DNA of 63,666 bases, the filler included, from Octopus bimaculoides (lineage: Eukaryota), in the NCBI RefSeq assembly GCF_001194135.2. It is 8 parts of 7 records of this genome, joined end to end, with 100 filler letters (N's around TTAATTAATTAA, not from the genome) between each part and the next. Parts side by side here need not be neighbours in the genome. Positions count along the whole stretch, not along the records: positions 62,607 to 63,666 come from NC_068987.1; 7 more parts are not named here. The stretch is one strand, 5' to 3'. Of this stretch, positions 63,612 through 63,666 are shown piece after piece; the first letter of the stretch is position 1, and the number at the start of each line of letters is the position of its first letter. Under the pieces are notes generated by a model. The model searched no databases. It was not told the origin of the DNA and was given only the letters and a program-made list of their open reading frames with translations. The position numbers and the translations under genes are program-made.

Positions 63612-63666
<55 letters not shown>

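Overview
An AT-rich, microsatellite-saturated, heavily gapped animal genomic window. The SINE families and the intron-containing tRNA-Lys suggest a mollusc, most likely an octopus (inference from pattern recognition, no database search). I found no convincing host protein-coding exon. Almost all long entries in the ORF track are artefacts of (TA)n/(CA)n/(GAT)n/(AAT)n repeats or N runs. Supportable content: (1) three tandem intron-containing tRNA-Lys(UUU) genes at 59.4-60.4 kb; (2) decayed non-LTR retrotransposon fragments: four R4/Dong-like (three REL endonuclease, one RT), plus Tx1/L1, CR1 and RTE RT fragments and two Penelope-type GIY-YIG fragments; (3) an internally deleted Helitron and an internally deleted mariner; (4) about 30 tRNA-derived SINE copies in at least three families, two with clear target-site duplications; (5) Penelope-type repeats with degenerate hammerhead-ribozyme-like cores, including a 141-bp palindrome; (6) a pre-miRNA-like hairpin and several promoter-like motif clusters, one with a candidate minus-strand first exon. 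Seven 100-bp joins (44 N + TTAATTAATTAA + 44 N) show the window is stitched from separate scaffolds, so adjacency across them is not sequence-proven. I see no clearly new biological system. The best leads are the tRNA-Lys intron cluster, the ribozyme-like relics, the (AAT)n-embedded element and the hairpin.
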